From NCBI GenBank assembly GCA_016748015.1, contig JAAOMT010000349.1, forward strand, positions 133,285 to 197,284: a DNA stretch of 64,000 nt. Reading direction: 5' to 3'. This document shows positions 35,116 to 48,900 of the stretch, one piece after another. Within the stretch, counting starts at the first letter, position 1. Every line of letters begins with the position of its first letter. Below the pieces are notes generated by a model, which saw only the letters and a list, made by a program, of their open reading frames with translations, was not told the origin of the DNA and made no database searches. This DNA comes from Geosiphon pyriformis uo1. Lineage: Eukaryota; Fungi; Glomeromycota. Made by a program: the position numbers and the translations under genes.

Positions 35116-38100
35116 TTTAGTGCTTTTCTATAAATTAATACAGCAATAACAATTTTAAAGTAGTGACTACATTAAACATAACAACTCTAAAATATCATCA
35201 ATTGATTTACACCTACTGTAAACAACAATTTGAAATTCTAAATGAAATTACAGCTTTTTAAAAAACCTTTTTTCAATACATTAAAAACTCAATCAACAAT
35301 TATTTTTTTGAAACTAAAACATTACAGAAGTCAAGTAAAATTTTCTTAAAAACTTAATTTGTTACTCAAATAAAGACACAAAAAATATTAATTTTGACAA
35401 TTATACTATTTATTTTAAAAAACTAAATTACAATATTATTCAGTTTTGCAAAAAAATATTTTGTCAACTTATAATTTGTTTTAAAACTCAAACTAGAACC
35501 TAAAACAAACAAAAAAAGCAAAAAAAAAATATTTAATCAGTTTAAACAACATTCAACACACCAAAAACAATCTTTAAACACTTGCAAACACTTAAACAAG
35601 AAACTAATTTTAAACTACCATTTTCAATTATATTATTCTCAGCTTTATTTGCTCAAACTCAAACACCAAATTTACTATTCAACTGTTTTTTAAGACCAGA
35701 AAATTTTTTATTATCAAAAAGACCAATACAACTGCCAGAACAAATTTTTATTAGCACAAACCTTCTTGATTTTCTAGTAGAGAACTGAAGTAATTACTCT
35801 AATAACAATAAAAAAATTTCTGAATTTACTAAAAAAAGAACTGCAGAAAATAAAATTGCATAAGACATGAAAACTACTTATATTGCAAAAATTAGTAAAT
35901 TTATTAGTAAAACACTAACACCAGTTCTCAAGAATAGTTGGACAGAGTTGGAAAAACAGAAAATACAAATAGATAGAATACAGCCAAAATGCTTAAAGCA
36001 ATTTTCTACTTTCTTTAAAAAACAGCTTAAAAATGGTTAAGAATTTGGCTAAACTATTTGATAATTAGCAAGCATTCAAAAATGCTTTTTTGAAACAATT
36101 TATTGACAACAATATATCTATTACTTTTTAAAACTAATTCTAAAACATCAAGCAAAAACTATCTAAATTTGTTATGATTTATCTTAGAAAATTTAATAAA
36201 TTTCTTAAACAAATTTGACAATTGAAAACCAATAACCAAGTTTTGGATCAATTTATTGCTGGATTAAAAAATAAATTAATCAAAAAAGTTTGTTTTCATG
36301 TTTTAATAAACTTATTACAGCTATTTAATATGCTAAGAATTATAAAATAGCAATAAAAAAAGTAAATTACACCAAACTTATGAATTTTACAATTGGAAAA
36401 ACCAGTTTAGCAGCCAAAAAAAAGATTGATTAATTGACAAAAAAGATCAAAAAATATTTCACCAACAAATAACAACAGCAGCAACAAAAATATTAGCCAC
36501 TACAATAATGAAATCAAAGCAGCTTTTTTTTATTATTATTCAACAACCAATTTCAAAACTGCTATTATTGTAAAATTTCAGAATACTGGAAACAAAATTG
36601 TAAAAAGATACAAAGAGACCAGCAAAACCAAAATAATAAATATTATTTTCAATCACAACAATTTTATTACCAATCTTTATTATTGTATTATCTATTCAAA
36701 TCTTAGTATTAAACTAACTATTATTAATCTATTCTATAATTGATACAACAATATTAATTATTATCTACATAACAATATCAAGTACCAGTATAAAGATTGG
36801 TTTAAAAAAACCAATTTATATCTTAAAACCAATTTGCAATAAGCAATAACAGACTTAATTTCAACAATTAATTAGTTACCCAAAATCTAGTTTAGCAAAA
36901 ACCAACACACTATTATATACAACTCAGTTATTTTACAATATTAAAAAAAATCGAATTTTTAGCATACTGTATTTTATGAAAATAAAGCTACAACTTCAAA
37001 ACAAAATTTTTCAGTAATACAATTCTATTAATTAGAATTGCCCAAAATGCCAACCTCTTTAATATATTTCTATTTGAATTTAAAGCAAATAAATCACTAT
37101 TTTTGCTTAGCAATACAGCCATTATTAAACAGAAAGCAATTACAGCTATATACATTAAAGCTAAAGTAGAAAAAAAGCCAATTCGGTTAATCTTAGACAA
37201 TAAATTTGCAGAAAACATTATTACCTATTAGTTAATACAACAACTACAATGAAACATCAACAGATCTGTTTAAATAGTCATTGTTATAGCCAATAGCATG
37301 AAAAAACCTTTAGTAAAAGATATTAATAACTTCTTATTTACAATCAATAAAATTACTATTCAATTAAAGTTTTTGTTATAGATGCATTTCAATATTAAAC
37401 TTTTGTCAAAAACAATTGGCTCTTCAAAACCAATATAAATTTAGATTAGAAAATCCAAAAACTAAAAATTTTATACCAAAGACAATACACAAAAGTACTT
37501 ATTACTTGTGATACTTTCAACAAATAGTCGAAAAAAGCCACAGTATTTGAATTTAAATAAGAAAAAAAAATGCCAATTATTAAAACCTATATGGCTCTTA
37601 AATTAGTATCCAATTGAACCAAAAAAACAGAACAAATTTTTTTTGAATAGATCAGAGAATAGAATATTGCTTACTATTCTAAGCCAGAACCACAAAACAA
37701 CTTCCATATATTCTATTTAAATACAAAAATTGTAATAAAAAGCTTTTATCTATAGAAGTATGTATATTATCAAAAGAAAAATACAAGATATGTACTTGCT
37801 ATTACTATAAAATCTGCTACCAAAAATGACTTAAATATCCAAACAAAGCAAAGAATGGAACAACATCTTTTGTCTTATATATAGAAAACTATTATCAGAA
37901 AAATACAACTGGATCAATATTACAATAAAAGAAAGAGTTTGTAATCAAACTTGTTAATATGTTTTATTAATTACAGAAAAAATCTACAAAAAAACCTTTT
38001 TTAATACAGTATACAACAGTATTCTAAACAAACTCTATTATTATTCACACAATATAGAGATGATTTATGAACCAGTCATAGTTCTGATTAACAAAAAAAC

Positions 38101-41100
38101 CCAAAAAGATGTCTGCCAAATAAAAAAACTGAATACATTGAATACACCTTTGAAATTGCTAAATACAACTATAAAAATAAAGTAGAAATATTCTATTAAA
38201 TCGTTAGTTATACTTGTTTAATTTAAAAAGCTTAAATTTAACAATTAAAGCAAATAAACATTCAATTATATAAAAATACATTATGTCTTGTAATAAAAAA
38301 AAGTTTCAGAATATTATGCTCTTAGCATCTTTTTGTCCAGTAAAACAACAAGCATAAAATCGAATTTAAAAAACCTAAGCCAAAAGAAGAAATTACAACA
38401 ACATTAATTTATCTAATTGAAAATTAATCTGCTATACAACTCAAGTATTTTGACAATAATAGTCAAGAAATCAAGCCAGAAAAAGCCCACGAAATTAATG
38501 CTAGATATGGTCTATAATACTCAAACAAAGATACTCTAATTATTTAATCCAAGTTTCTAACAAAGATTAATCTTAAAATTGCTCTTAAAATAGTACCAAA
38601 AACAATAATTCAAATTACTTTCCAATTATTATTGGCAAGCAAAAAAATCAATGTTAAAAGAAAAATTATTGTTGTAAAACACATTAGAAATATCATTATT
38701 ATGCTACAAAACAAAACTAAAAAACCATTTAAAATCAAATATGCTGAAAAAATTGCCCAAGCTATTTATTTATTCTTAATTAATATTTCAGGTTTGTAAT
38801 TAATTAGATCAAGAAAACAATTAAGAAAAAATGAAAAAAAATTCAAGGTTTTGGTTCAACTAAACAATTTATAGTTTCAATAAATATAATTCTCAAGACA
38901 CAGAATGAATCTTACCAGATTTTTCAATTTTTCTAACCAATTACTATATCATTTTTTAGGAAAACATTACAAAATTTACACTTGTCTAAAATTAACTATT
39001 ATTCAACAAATTTTCGAATCTAATAAACAAATTTGTTAAAAGCATAAAATTTCAATCTTAAATGTTTATATTCCAAAAAAAATAAAAAAGTTTTAAGTTA
39101 TATTTTATAACTCTAACAACTATTTTATTGTTCTATTAGATAGATTAAAAATCAGAATTATAAATAAAAATATCTTTCAAGATAAAAATTTTCAGATTAT
39201 TGCTAATTTTATTGAAATTATAAGACATACTTTGTTTTCAACCCCAAAATTCTGTCTATTACTAAAAACTACTACTTTATTAAAAAAACTTTTTTGAATC
39301 AACATAAATCTTTTAAAATTCCAACAACAAAAACAATTGAAATAGTTAATTGCCAAATATGCTAATATATTTGTTAAATACAACAATAATCTCAGAAAAA
39401 CTAATATTGTGTAGTATTAAATTTACACAAAAAATGCTTTACTAAAACACTAATAAACCTATTAAGTCTTATCAGCCAATTACTAATTCATCAAAAAAAA
39501 ATACAACAAATGCTTAAAAATAATTTCATCTAACTATCAATAAGTTTTTGGGCTTTACTAATAGTTTTTGTTAAAAAAAAAATTGGCAAGATCAGATTTT
39601 ATATAAATTATCATTCATTCAACAGTATAATAATTAAAAATACATACTTTCTTTTAAAAATTAACAATATGCTAGATACTCTTAGGAAAGTCAAGTTTTT
39701 TTCAAATTTAGGCTTAAAAAGCAGATACTAACAAATTAAAATGGATCCAAAGAACTGCCCTAAAACAGTATTTATTACACAAAAAAAACTACAAATTTAA
39801 TGTTATGCTTTTTAGACTCTATAATATACCAGCAATATTCCAACAACTAATAGATGTTATTTATAAAAAATTTTTATGACAATTAGTAATTGTCTATTTA
39901 GATAATACTGATATTTATTTCTCAACTTTTGAAGCTTATTTTATACATTTGTAAAAAGTATTTTAATGATTACAAAATGCAAAATTGAAACTAAATATTG
40001 AGAAATATCATTTTAAGAAAACAAGCCTAATTTTTTAGAACATATTATTAACAAAAATGAAGTTCAACCAAATTTAGAAATAATTAATACTGTTAAAAAT
40101 TTTCAAACTTCCTAAAATATTACAGAATTAAGAGAATTTATTAGATTAACTTCTTACTATCAAAAATTCATTAAAAAATTCTTCAAAATTACAAAACTTT
40201 ATAACCATTTAATTAACAAAAATATGCTATATTAATGGACTAATGAACAGTAAAAAGCATTTGAAACTCTTAAAATAAAATTAACAACAGTCCTAATTTT
40301 TGCTTATTTAGACTTTAATAAATAGTTTTATTTAGCCATTAATGTTTTATATATAGCATTTGGTGCCATCTTATTACAGTTAAATAATAATAAAAATAAG
40401 TAAATTATTGTCTATACTAGTAAAATACTCAAACCAACTAAAACCAAATATAATTCTATTAAACTAGAAGCAGCAGCTATTATTTGAGCCTTAAAGTACT
40501 TTTAACAATATCTGCAAAATAGAAAAAAATTTAACATTATAATTGACAATATTGGTTTTAAATAGCTTAACAAAAAAGGATCAGAATTCAATACAAAACA
40601 ATTCTGATGAACTGATTTTCTTGCTAATTACAAATATATTATATATTATAAATCAAGAAAATTATATACTAACATAAATAGTCTCTTAAAAATAAAGCAG
40701 AATTAATACCAACCCCAACTTTACCACAATTTACCAGTTCAACTACAACAAACAATCAACAAAAAATAGATTCTGAAAATTATAATAACATCAAAAATTA
40801 TTTGGAGACTTTTATTATGTCAAAAAACTGGTCTTTAATCGAAAATTAATAATTAAAATATTAATTAAAACAATATTTTTTATATCACAACAAAATTAAT
40901 TATCGAAATTATAGAAATTCAATCAATTTACTCAGATTAATTAAAGAAAATAAAAAAAAACCCATTTTTTACAACATGTATACAGATCTATTATCAGCAT
41001 ATCTAAAAAGAAATAATATAATTTAAAAAACTTTAAAACATTATTTTTAGCCTTACATATAAAAAAACATTTAACAATATGTAAAATCATGTGATAATTG

Positions 41101-42951
41101 TCAAAAAAAAGAAGAATTTGTCTTACTAAATCTTTAAATCCAATCAAAGTTAAACAACTGTTTAAAAGAGTTGGTATTAATTTAATTGAACCACTATTTA
41201 TTACCATTCAAGAAAACTGTTATATTATAATTGCAGTAAATTATCTTATCAAATGGCCTAAAATTAAAGCCATCCAAAAAGCAAATGCAAAATTGATAGC
41301 GAATTTCATCTATAAAAATATTATTTGTAGACATAGATGTTCAATTGAACTCTTATTCAATTAAAAACACACTTTGTGAATCACTTAATACAAAAAATTT
41401 GTGAATAATTTAATGTTAAAAAACTCTTATTATTACTTTATTATTCTTAAACAAATAGATTAATAGAATGTTTTAACTGAATATTGTGTGACTTATTAGC
41501 TAAAATCTCAACTAATTTTAAACAAAAATGAGATATCATTATTTTATCAGTATTACTAGCATATAAATACTAAAACAAGAATGAATAAAACACACACTAT
41601 TTGATTTAACTTATAAAAAACAGCAATATTACCAATTAACTTTGCTGTAAAAACATATTCAATGCAATTCATTATTGAAAAAAACTTTAAAAAAACACTT
41701 TAATAAAAAGTTTATACTCTTCTTAATATATTAAAAAAAAATAACAAATTGCAGCCACCTATATTAAATACTTACAAGTTCAACCAAAAAAATAACATAA
41801 CAACAAATTGCCACCAACCACTAACAAATTCAAAGTTGGAACTAAAGTTTTCTTATATAAAACTAAGATTAAAAAACAATAAAGTAAAAAATTTCAACAT
41901 AAATAAGGTAGATTCTTTTATATTCATAAAATCTTAGAAATAGATCATATAAATTAAGACTTGATAACAAAATTCTAGTAAAAATTGTATATCGAAATTA
42001 CCTAAAACAATATTATTTCAGAAACAATCCTGAACTATTAATTTTACAAATTAGTACATATTCTCTTTTAATTAATTTAAAGATATTTCTCAAAATTTAG
42101 AACCAATAGTTAAAATAAAACAACAACCAAACCCGAATATTTAATTTAATGTTATTATAAATTTTTAATAATATCTAAATGTAAAACAAAAATAGTAAAT
42201 AAATACAAAAAAAACCAAAACCAAAAATATATAAACCTTATACTCAAAAATATTCTTTTATTTTCAAATCATTTAAAATTTTATTGACTTACTTTTATTA
42301 TAATTATTTTCTAAAACATTTATCAAATGTCCTAAAAATTAATGTCAACTTTAAAAATATTTCTTGACTTATTTATAATAATCAATAAAAATCAAATTAA
42401 TTATACTTAAAAAAAAACTATATTACTAGTAGTAAATAATTTTCAGAATTATTACTCTTATTAAAAGAACACAAAAAATTACTCTGGAATTCAATTACCA
42501 GAACTTTTAAAGCAAGCTTTAAAAAAAGCTTTTTATTTACTCTTATTAATATTTTACCAAATGTCACAACTTAACAAAAGCTTTAACTATTTTTAAATAT
42601 TTTTATATTAGAAAAACACTATATAAACAAAACTGAAACTCAAAACAACAAATTTTACTTCTAAAACTATATAAAAACAATTTCACAATGAATTCAAAAC
42701 AGCAGTTAAACCAATAAATACTTATTATAAACTTAAAGCAGCTTATAAACTTTATGACTTATTTAATATTTGTAAAAACGTTTTACATAACCCAATACTT
42801 TAATCAATAAAGATTCAATACATTGGCAAATTCACAGAACTAAAATTTCAACAATTTTTAGACCAAATTACTTGAATCATTTTGGACCATTATTTTAATA
42901 TTACAGATAGTGCTTAAACTTCAATAAAGCTCAATCTTAAAGAAAAAATAA

Positions 42952-43918
42952 TGTTATTAATAGAATTTTAGTTATTAATTAGCATGAAATTATTTTCATA
43001 ATTTTTATTATTAATTATCATATATTAATATTATTTCAATTATTACCTATTACTTAATCAAATTATCAAATATTAATATTTAATTAATAATCTAATTTGT
43101 ACAATAGAAATTAGAATAATTAAATTACACAATACTCCAAATTATATAATATTCAAGAAGTTGTTGAAATTGTAGAAAATTTGATGAAATAATAGATAAT
43201 GTACCAAAATAGTAAATAATTCGTTGAAATAACTTGTAGCTCATTAAAATAAATATTTAGTTTGTCTAAATCATAGCAAAGAAAAAAAGTTCAAGTTTAT
43301 AAACTAATACTATAACAAATTGTATAAAAAAAGAGCTTTTCTTTTCGAAAAAATATATTTTACCATAGAAATTTGACTTTAGAATTATTTTTATTAGTAT
43401 AATTTCAAATAAAAAATACTTTAAAAAACCAATTCTCTCATTAATTACACTTGAAATTCTTTGAAATCTAACTAATATTTTGAAATTAATTACCTGCCAA
43501 TTTCTATAAAACTGTTAGTAACTTCAGGCCTAAACCAGAAACAATTCTCATAACAAAATTTCATTTTTTTTATATTTTTTTATTTCTCTTTATTTTTTTT
43601 ATTACAAATATTAAGATAGTTTACAAACAAAATTCCCGTAAAAAAATTGACTTTTACAGTAAAGTAACTACATATTTTTAGTAAGCTTTTAAATAAGTAA
43701 TTCCTAGGAAAGAGTTAATATTTATTACAATATAACTATTTAAAATAATTAGCATAAAATTAACCATTCTACTTGTAAGTCCAGCAGTTCAAATTATAGA
43801 AGATTATTTGAAAATAAAATTTAATTATTGAAGATTTACTAACTTCCAAAAAACATGAATTAATAGCAAACAAATATTAACAATATTCAAGAAAAAAAAC
43901 CATAAACTTCTGATAATA
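42952..43918 (+). repeat. 3' LTR of Gypsy A2
   Basis: TGTTA...GATAATA (decayed), preceded by the decayed PPT aaagaaaaaa. Confidence 0.9.
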
Positions 43919-46217
43919 ATATTAATAAATATATTCAAATTTGAAATAAAAATAGGTTTAAAGAGTTTTGGTGAATTATTTTTGATCCTTAATCTCTCAT
44001 TAGATAAAATACTTTCAATTTTGGCACTTATTATTTTTCAAATTTCATTTTTATTGTATAGATAACTATTTAATTATAAAAGAGCTCTGTTCTATATAGC
44101 ATCTATGGACATTTTTTTTTATTTAATTGTTAATAAAAATTATGTATTGACATGATTTGTTACATATTTTTTTGTCTAAAAAAATCTCTTTGCAAATAAG
44201 ACAAAGTTTATTATCTTACTTTTTTTGTTGTTTTAGTTATTCAAAGCATTTTTAATAACAAGATTTACAGTAATAACAAATGTATATTTCATATTTTTTC
44301 TTTAATAATATATAAATTTTTATAAATAAAAGCTTTTTGTTATAATTTTTACATTTGAATAAATATAAAATAATTGTTTTCTTGATTTTTGTGTCAAGTA
44401 TAAAACATATTAACTGTTAATTAATTTATTTATAGAAATAATAATATATGAAATATAAGTAAAAGTAGTAGCTTTTGGATTATTATTTTTTTTTTTTCTT
44501 TTTTTTTATATAAATACTAATAGTAATTTATTATAGTCTTATTCAGTTTAAAATATTTAATAAAACTTTTTAAGTAGATTTTTTTTTTTAGCTCAATTAA
44601 TAATTGCTTACTTAAATAAATTTTCAAATTACTACAAATAGCAGATATTTTATTTTACTAATAATTATAATTTAGCTAAAGTTCCTAAATATTTTAGTTA
44701 AGCATAGCATTAGTTTTAGATAGCTAATTATTACCAATAAGAGCTTAATATTGTATAATTTTTATGACCAAACTTTGATGGACATAATAATATTATTAAT
44801 TTTAAATAAAAGTTATTAATTTTACTAATAGGAGTTTTTTTTATTCTATTAATAATAATAATTTTGGTACTAACAATTCAATTAATTTGGTAACCTAGTT
44901 GATTCATAAGTTGCTTTATAATACTGCTGTCTGTTGAATTACTATTAAAAATTAGCTTGATAAAACAACCATTAATTTTAATATCTGTATATATAGTGAT
45001 AATAAATTTGGTGTCAAAAGTAATTCTACTAAATAGAAGTATTAATTTAAGATTTTTTAAATCAAAAAAAAATATTATAGCAAATAATTTGTTTTTTGTA
45101 ATTATAACAGATAAAATATTATTAGTAAATGATTTTTAAGTTTTTAAGTTAAATAAAATATTTTCTGAAGCTGCCAAAAGACTTAAGTAGCTCTGAAATT
45201 TTGGGTTTTAGATATATTTACTTTTCAAACTCTACTAATATAATTCTGATTATTGATTATATATTAGAAATTAATTAGAACATAATTATTACTAATTTTC
45301 AATTTTGTTAAGTGTAAATAATTCTTAGTCTTTGGTTTTCAATTGATAATTGAGCTAAATTTTGTAATAATATTTGAATTTGTAAAAGTTAATAAACTAT
45401 TTATAATTATAGGACTTGATAAATTACTTGTATTGATATTTGATATATTGGAAATATATATATTAACTAGTAGATTAATATTGTTGTGACTTTGTTAAAC
45501 TATTGATATAATTCGGATTTAAAATTTGCAATTAAAGTTTTTATATTAATTTTCTAATTGTAACTTATTCATTTTAAGTAATATTTTGTTTTTATATGTT
45601 TTTGTCTGTAATAATAATAACAAATACACATTTTTTATTGTTAGAATTAATTTGTTAATTATAATAATAATAATAAATATAATTAATGCTAAAATTAATT
45701 AAAGTTTTTTTGATTATTATAATGTTGAAAAAATTAATAAATTGCTTAATTCTTAACTAAGTATCTTTCAATCTTCTAATTGATTGATTTACTAAATTGT
45801 TTTAATTTAGTATCCAATTTAGATAATCTGTTTATTATTAAATTTATGGCTTAGACATAATTGGCTTTAAGCTCAGCTGATTCAAAATTTTTGGCATAAA
45901 TAACAGTGTTTTAGAATGTGTTTTAATATAATAAACATACTTATTATAATAAACTGCTACATAATCTTTAAATAAATTAATTCAAAATTTGTGGTACTGT
46001 AAAATAATCTGTGTTAATGGCTTAAATTTGGTATAAGTTTAAATAAAAATATCTTAAGTCTATAGTAATTGCTTCAATATTGCTTTGTTTGATAGCAGAA
46101 AATTCTATTAACAGTTATTTAATATTATTATAATTACTAAAATATTGTAAAAAGTTTTTTTAAAAGTATTAAAAGTCTAAGACTTATTAATTAGACTTTA
46201 ATATTATGAGTTAACAA

Positions 46218-47052
46218 TATTATAGATAATTATTTGGGTATTAAAATAAATAATAAATCTGTAACTTAGTGTTTAATAACTGATTATAATGTTAATTTCT
46301 AAAGATTTTTAGATCTAAAAATTTTTGAATTAAGTTTTTTGTATAATAAACAGAGATTCACTTGGTAGTTATTTTTCTAAGTTTTTTTTTAGTGTAAAAA
46401 CCAGTTTAATCTAACAGTTATGCTTTTCTGATAAGCTATTTTTAAGTTTTTATTCTTATTTTATAGGTTTTTTACCAGATTATTCTTGATATTAATATTT
46501 TAATGCTTAATCAATTAGTAAACAACAATAAAAACAAATAAAAAAATAAAATAAAAAATTGGTATTTTGTTAATAACTATAATTAAAAGCTATTGTTTTA
46601 ATATAATTAAGTATTAAATTCTATTAATATAAATTATTAATAGTATAAAAATAATAAATGTTTTTTAATTAATTAATAAAAACATAGATTTAGATAATAA
46701 ATAAATATTTTATTAATATGAATATAATTTCATTTCAAGATATAGAAAACTATTTTTTAAAGAAAAAATATTTTATAATTACTTATTTCTAAGAATATTT
46801 ATAGAAATTTGTTTTTTTTACTTTTAATATTTTTATTATATATATATAATTTTTATTATAGAAGATTTCATATATTCTTACTCTTTTCTATATTACTTTC
46901 TAAAAATGGGTTTATTTTTTAAAGATATACACATTTTGAAAAATATGTTATAATTTTCTAAAAATATGCTTATTTATTAAATACTATTTTTTATTAATCT
47001 ATTCTTACAATCTGTTTTCTTATTTTTTTTTGTATTTTTTTTATAAATAATA
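46218..47052 (-). repeat. 5' LTR of Gypsy B
   Basis: Direct repeat of 28585-29469. It abuts gag-like sequence with no recognisable PBS. Confidence 0.87.
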
Positions 47053-48900
47053 TTGTAAAAACAATTATACATAATTTAAACATATTATTAAAAAAAATAA
47101 GGAAAAAACATATATTATTAACAGATTATTTGCTATTAATATTAGGTTTTATTATATAACTGTTTATTTTAAGTTTGATAAAAATTTAAATAAAATGTTT
47201 TATACAATTTTTGTCTTTGATAATATTAAATTTTTTGTATTATATTAAATTTGATTTATTATAATAAATATGGTCATCTTACTTATTTACTTTAAAATAC
47301 AATAAATTTAATTTTGCAGATTTATTTATTAGAAAATATGTTAAATATATATTTTTTATAGAAAATTAATTGCATTTTATTTATTTTTATACAAAAAAAA
47401 ATGTTCTTATTTCTTAATTATTGGTTTTTAATGACAAGATTTATGCTTAAATTATTAAAAATAATGATTTTAATAATTGTGTAATTTTTCTGTTTAATAG
47501 TGTTTTTTTTTGTTTTAATATATAGCTTAGCTGTTTTTTTATTTTTATTAATAAATACTTGTTTAAATGTTTTTGAGCATTTTTTAAAGCTATTGGCTAA
47601 TTAAATTTCTGTAATTGCAATTAAGTTAGAATACAATTATAATAAAACCACTTCTGACTACTTATTTTTTAATATTGTCAATAGTTGTATTTATAAATAT
47701 TAAAATTGACATTATTATAAATATCTTCAATTTGTCTTCTTTTTTTATAATAAATATTGTTAATAATTTTCTAATTTAAATATAATATTATCAATAGAAA
47801 TTTGAGATATTATTTAGTATGAAATTATTTTTATAGTTTTTATTATTAATTTGTATATATTATTATTTTAATTTATTATTTAATATTTTATTAAATTACT
47901 ATTTAATTAATAACCTAATTTATACAATAAATGAATTGTAATAATTAGATTACACAATAGTCTAAAATATATAACATTTAAGAATTTGCTAAATTTATAG
48001 AAATTTTTAATAATTTACTAAAATACTAATAGTTTGTAGAAATAATTTGTAATTTGTCAAAAATATAATTTAGCTAGAATTATTATTAAAAATATTTTCT
48101 CTTAGTATTTATATAAATCACTTTAAAATTATATTAAAAACAACAAATTTATAATTATTTATTTGGAATTTCTCCAAATTTTAATTAATATTTTAAAATT
48201 AATTAGCTATTAATTTTAATACTTTATTATTAACTTCAAACTTGAACAGAAAACAATTTTTTTAACAAAATTCTTTTTTTTAACATTTTTTTAATTATTA
48301 TTTATTTTTTATCATTATTATTAGGATAGTTTACAAACAATATTTCTGTAGAAGAGTTGACTTTCACAATAAAGTAATTATACATATTTAGTAAACTTCT
48401 AAATAAACAATTTTTGGAAAAGAATTAAATTTTACTGTAAAATAACTATACAAAATAACTGACACAAAATTGGCCATTCTATTTATAAGTCTAACAGTTT
48501 AAATTATAGAAAATAATTTGAAAATAAATTCAGTTATAAGAAGTTAATAGCTTTTAATAATTGAAAATTATTAGCAAAATTAATATTAATAATATTTAAA
48601 AAAGAGACCAAAAATCTTTAGTAACAATAGCTAGTAGCAAAGTTCTTATTGTTAAAATTAGTAATTTAAAATTAAAAATAACTGTATTAAAAAGTTTTAT
48701 TAATGCAGTATTATTAGAAATTTTTATGATTTTTAATACAAAAATTACAATACATACTATAAAAATTATTATTAAAATTATGTAAAAAAGCTTATATTAT
48801 TATGTTTAATTGGCAAAATTAATTATCAAATAAAAAATAAAAAATTAGCAATTAATTTAATAATAATTAAAAAATATAATACAATCTAGTTGTTTAATTA
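47053..48900 (+). mobile_element. Continuation of LINE L4 (rest of ORF1, start of ORF2), interrupted by a solo LTR
   Basis: Across the TTGT TSD the frame reads LLVKTIIHNLNILLKKIRKKTYIINR, matching L3 LPMETNAHDI*DFV*SVGGKTCIIDC. A KKNVLIS...FNDK stretch matches KKSAPVSCPLAFGGK. Confidence 0.7.
47786..48626 (+). repeat. Solo LTR of subfamily A
   Basis: tattatc...agtaaca, homologous to the A LTRs with an internal deletion. Flanks ATAA/ATAG form a 4-bp TSD with one G>A change. No PBS or PPT. Confidence 0.88.

Larger units (their letters stand above)
34151..43918 (+). mobile_element. Full-length decayed Gypsy A2 nested in element B
   Basis: LTRs at 34151-35115 and 42952-43918, decayed PBS at 35118, TSD ATAT at 34147-34150 and 43919-43922. 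Collinear with A1: knuckle ~36560, PR ~37180, dUTPase 38440-38860, RT ~39500, IN from 40766, ORF3 from ~42300. Confidence 0.93.
28585..47052 (-). mobile_element. Decayed Ty3/Gypsy element B (about 8.7 kb without the nested A2)
   Basis: Direct-repeat LTRs at 28585-29469 and 46218-47052. TSD TTGT at 28581-28584 and 47053-47056. Remnants: gag ~45700-46217, PR ~44640-44990, Cys-rich 44150-44360 and 33990-34060, dUTPase ~33350-33770, RT/RH ~31570-32850, IN ~30300-31538. Confidence 0.88.
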
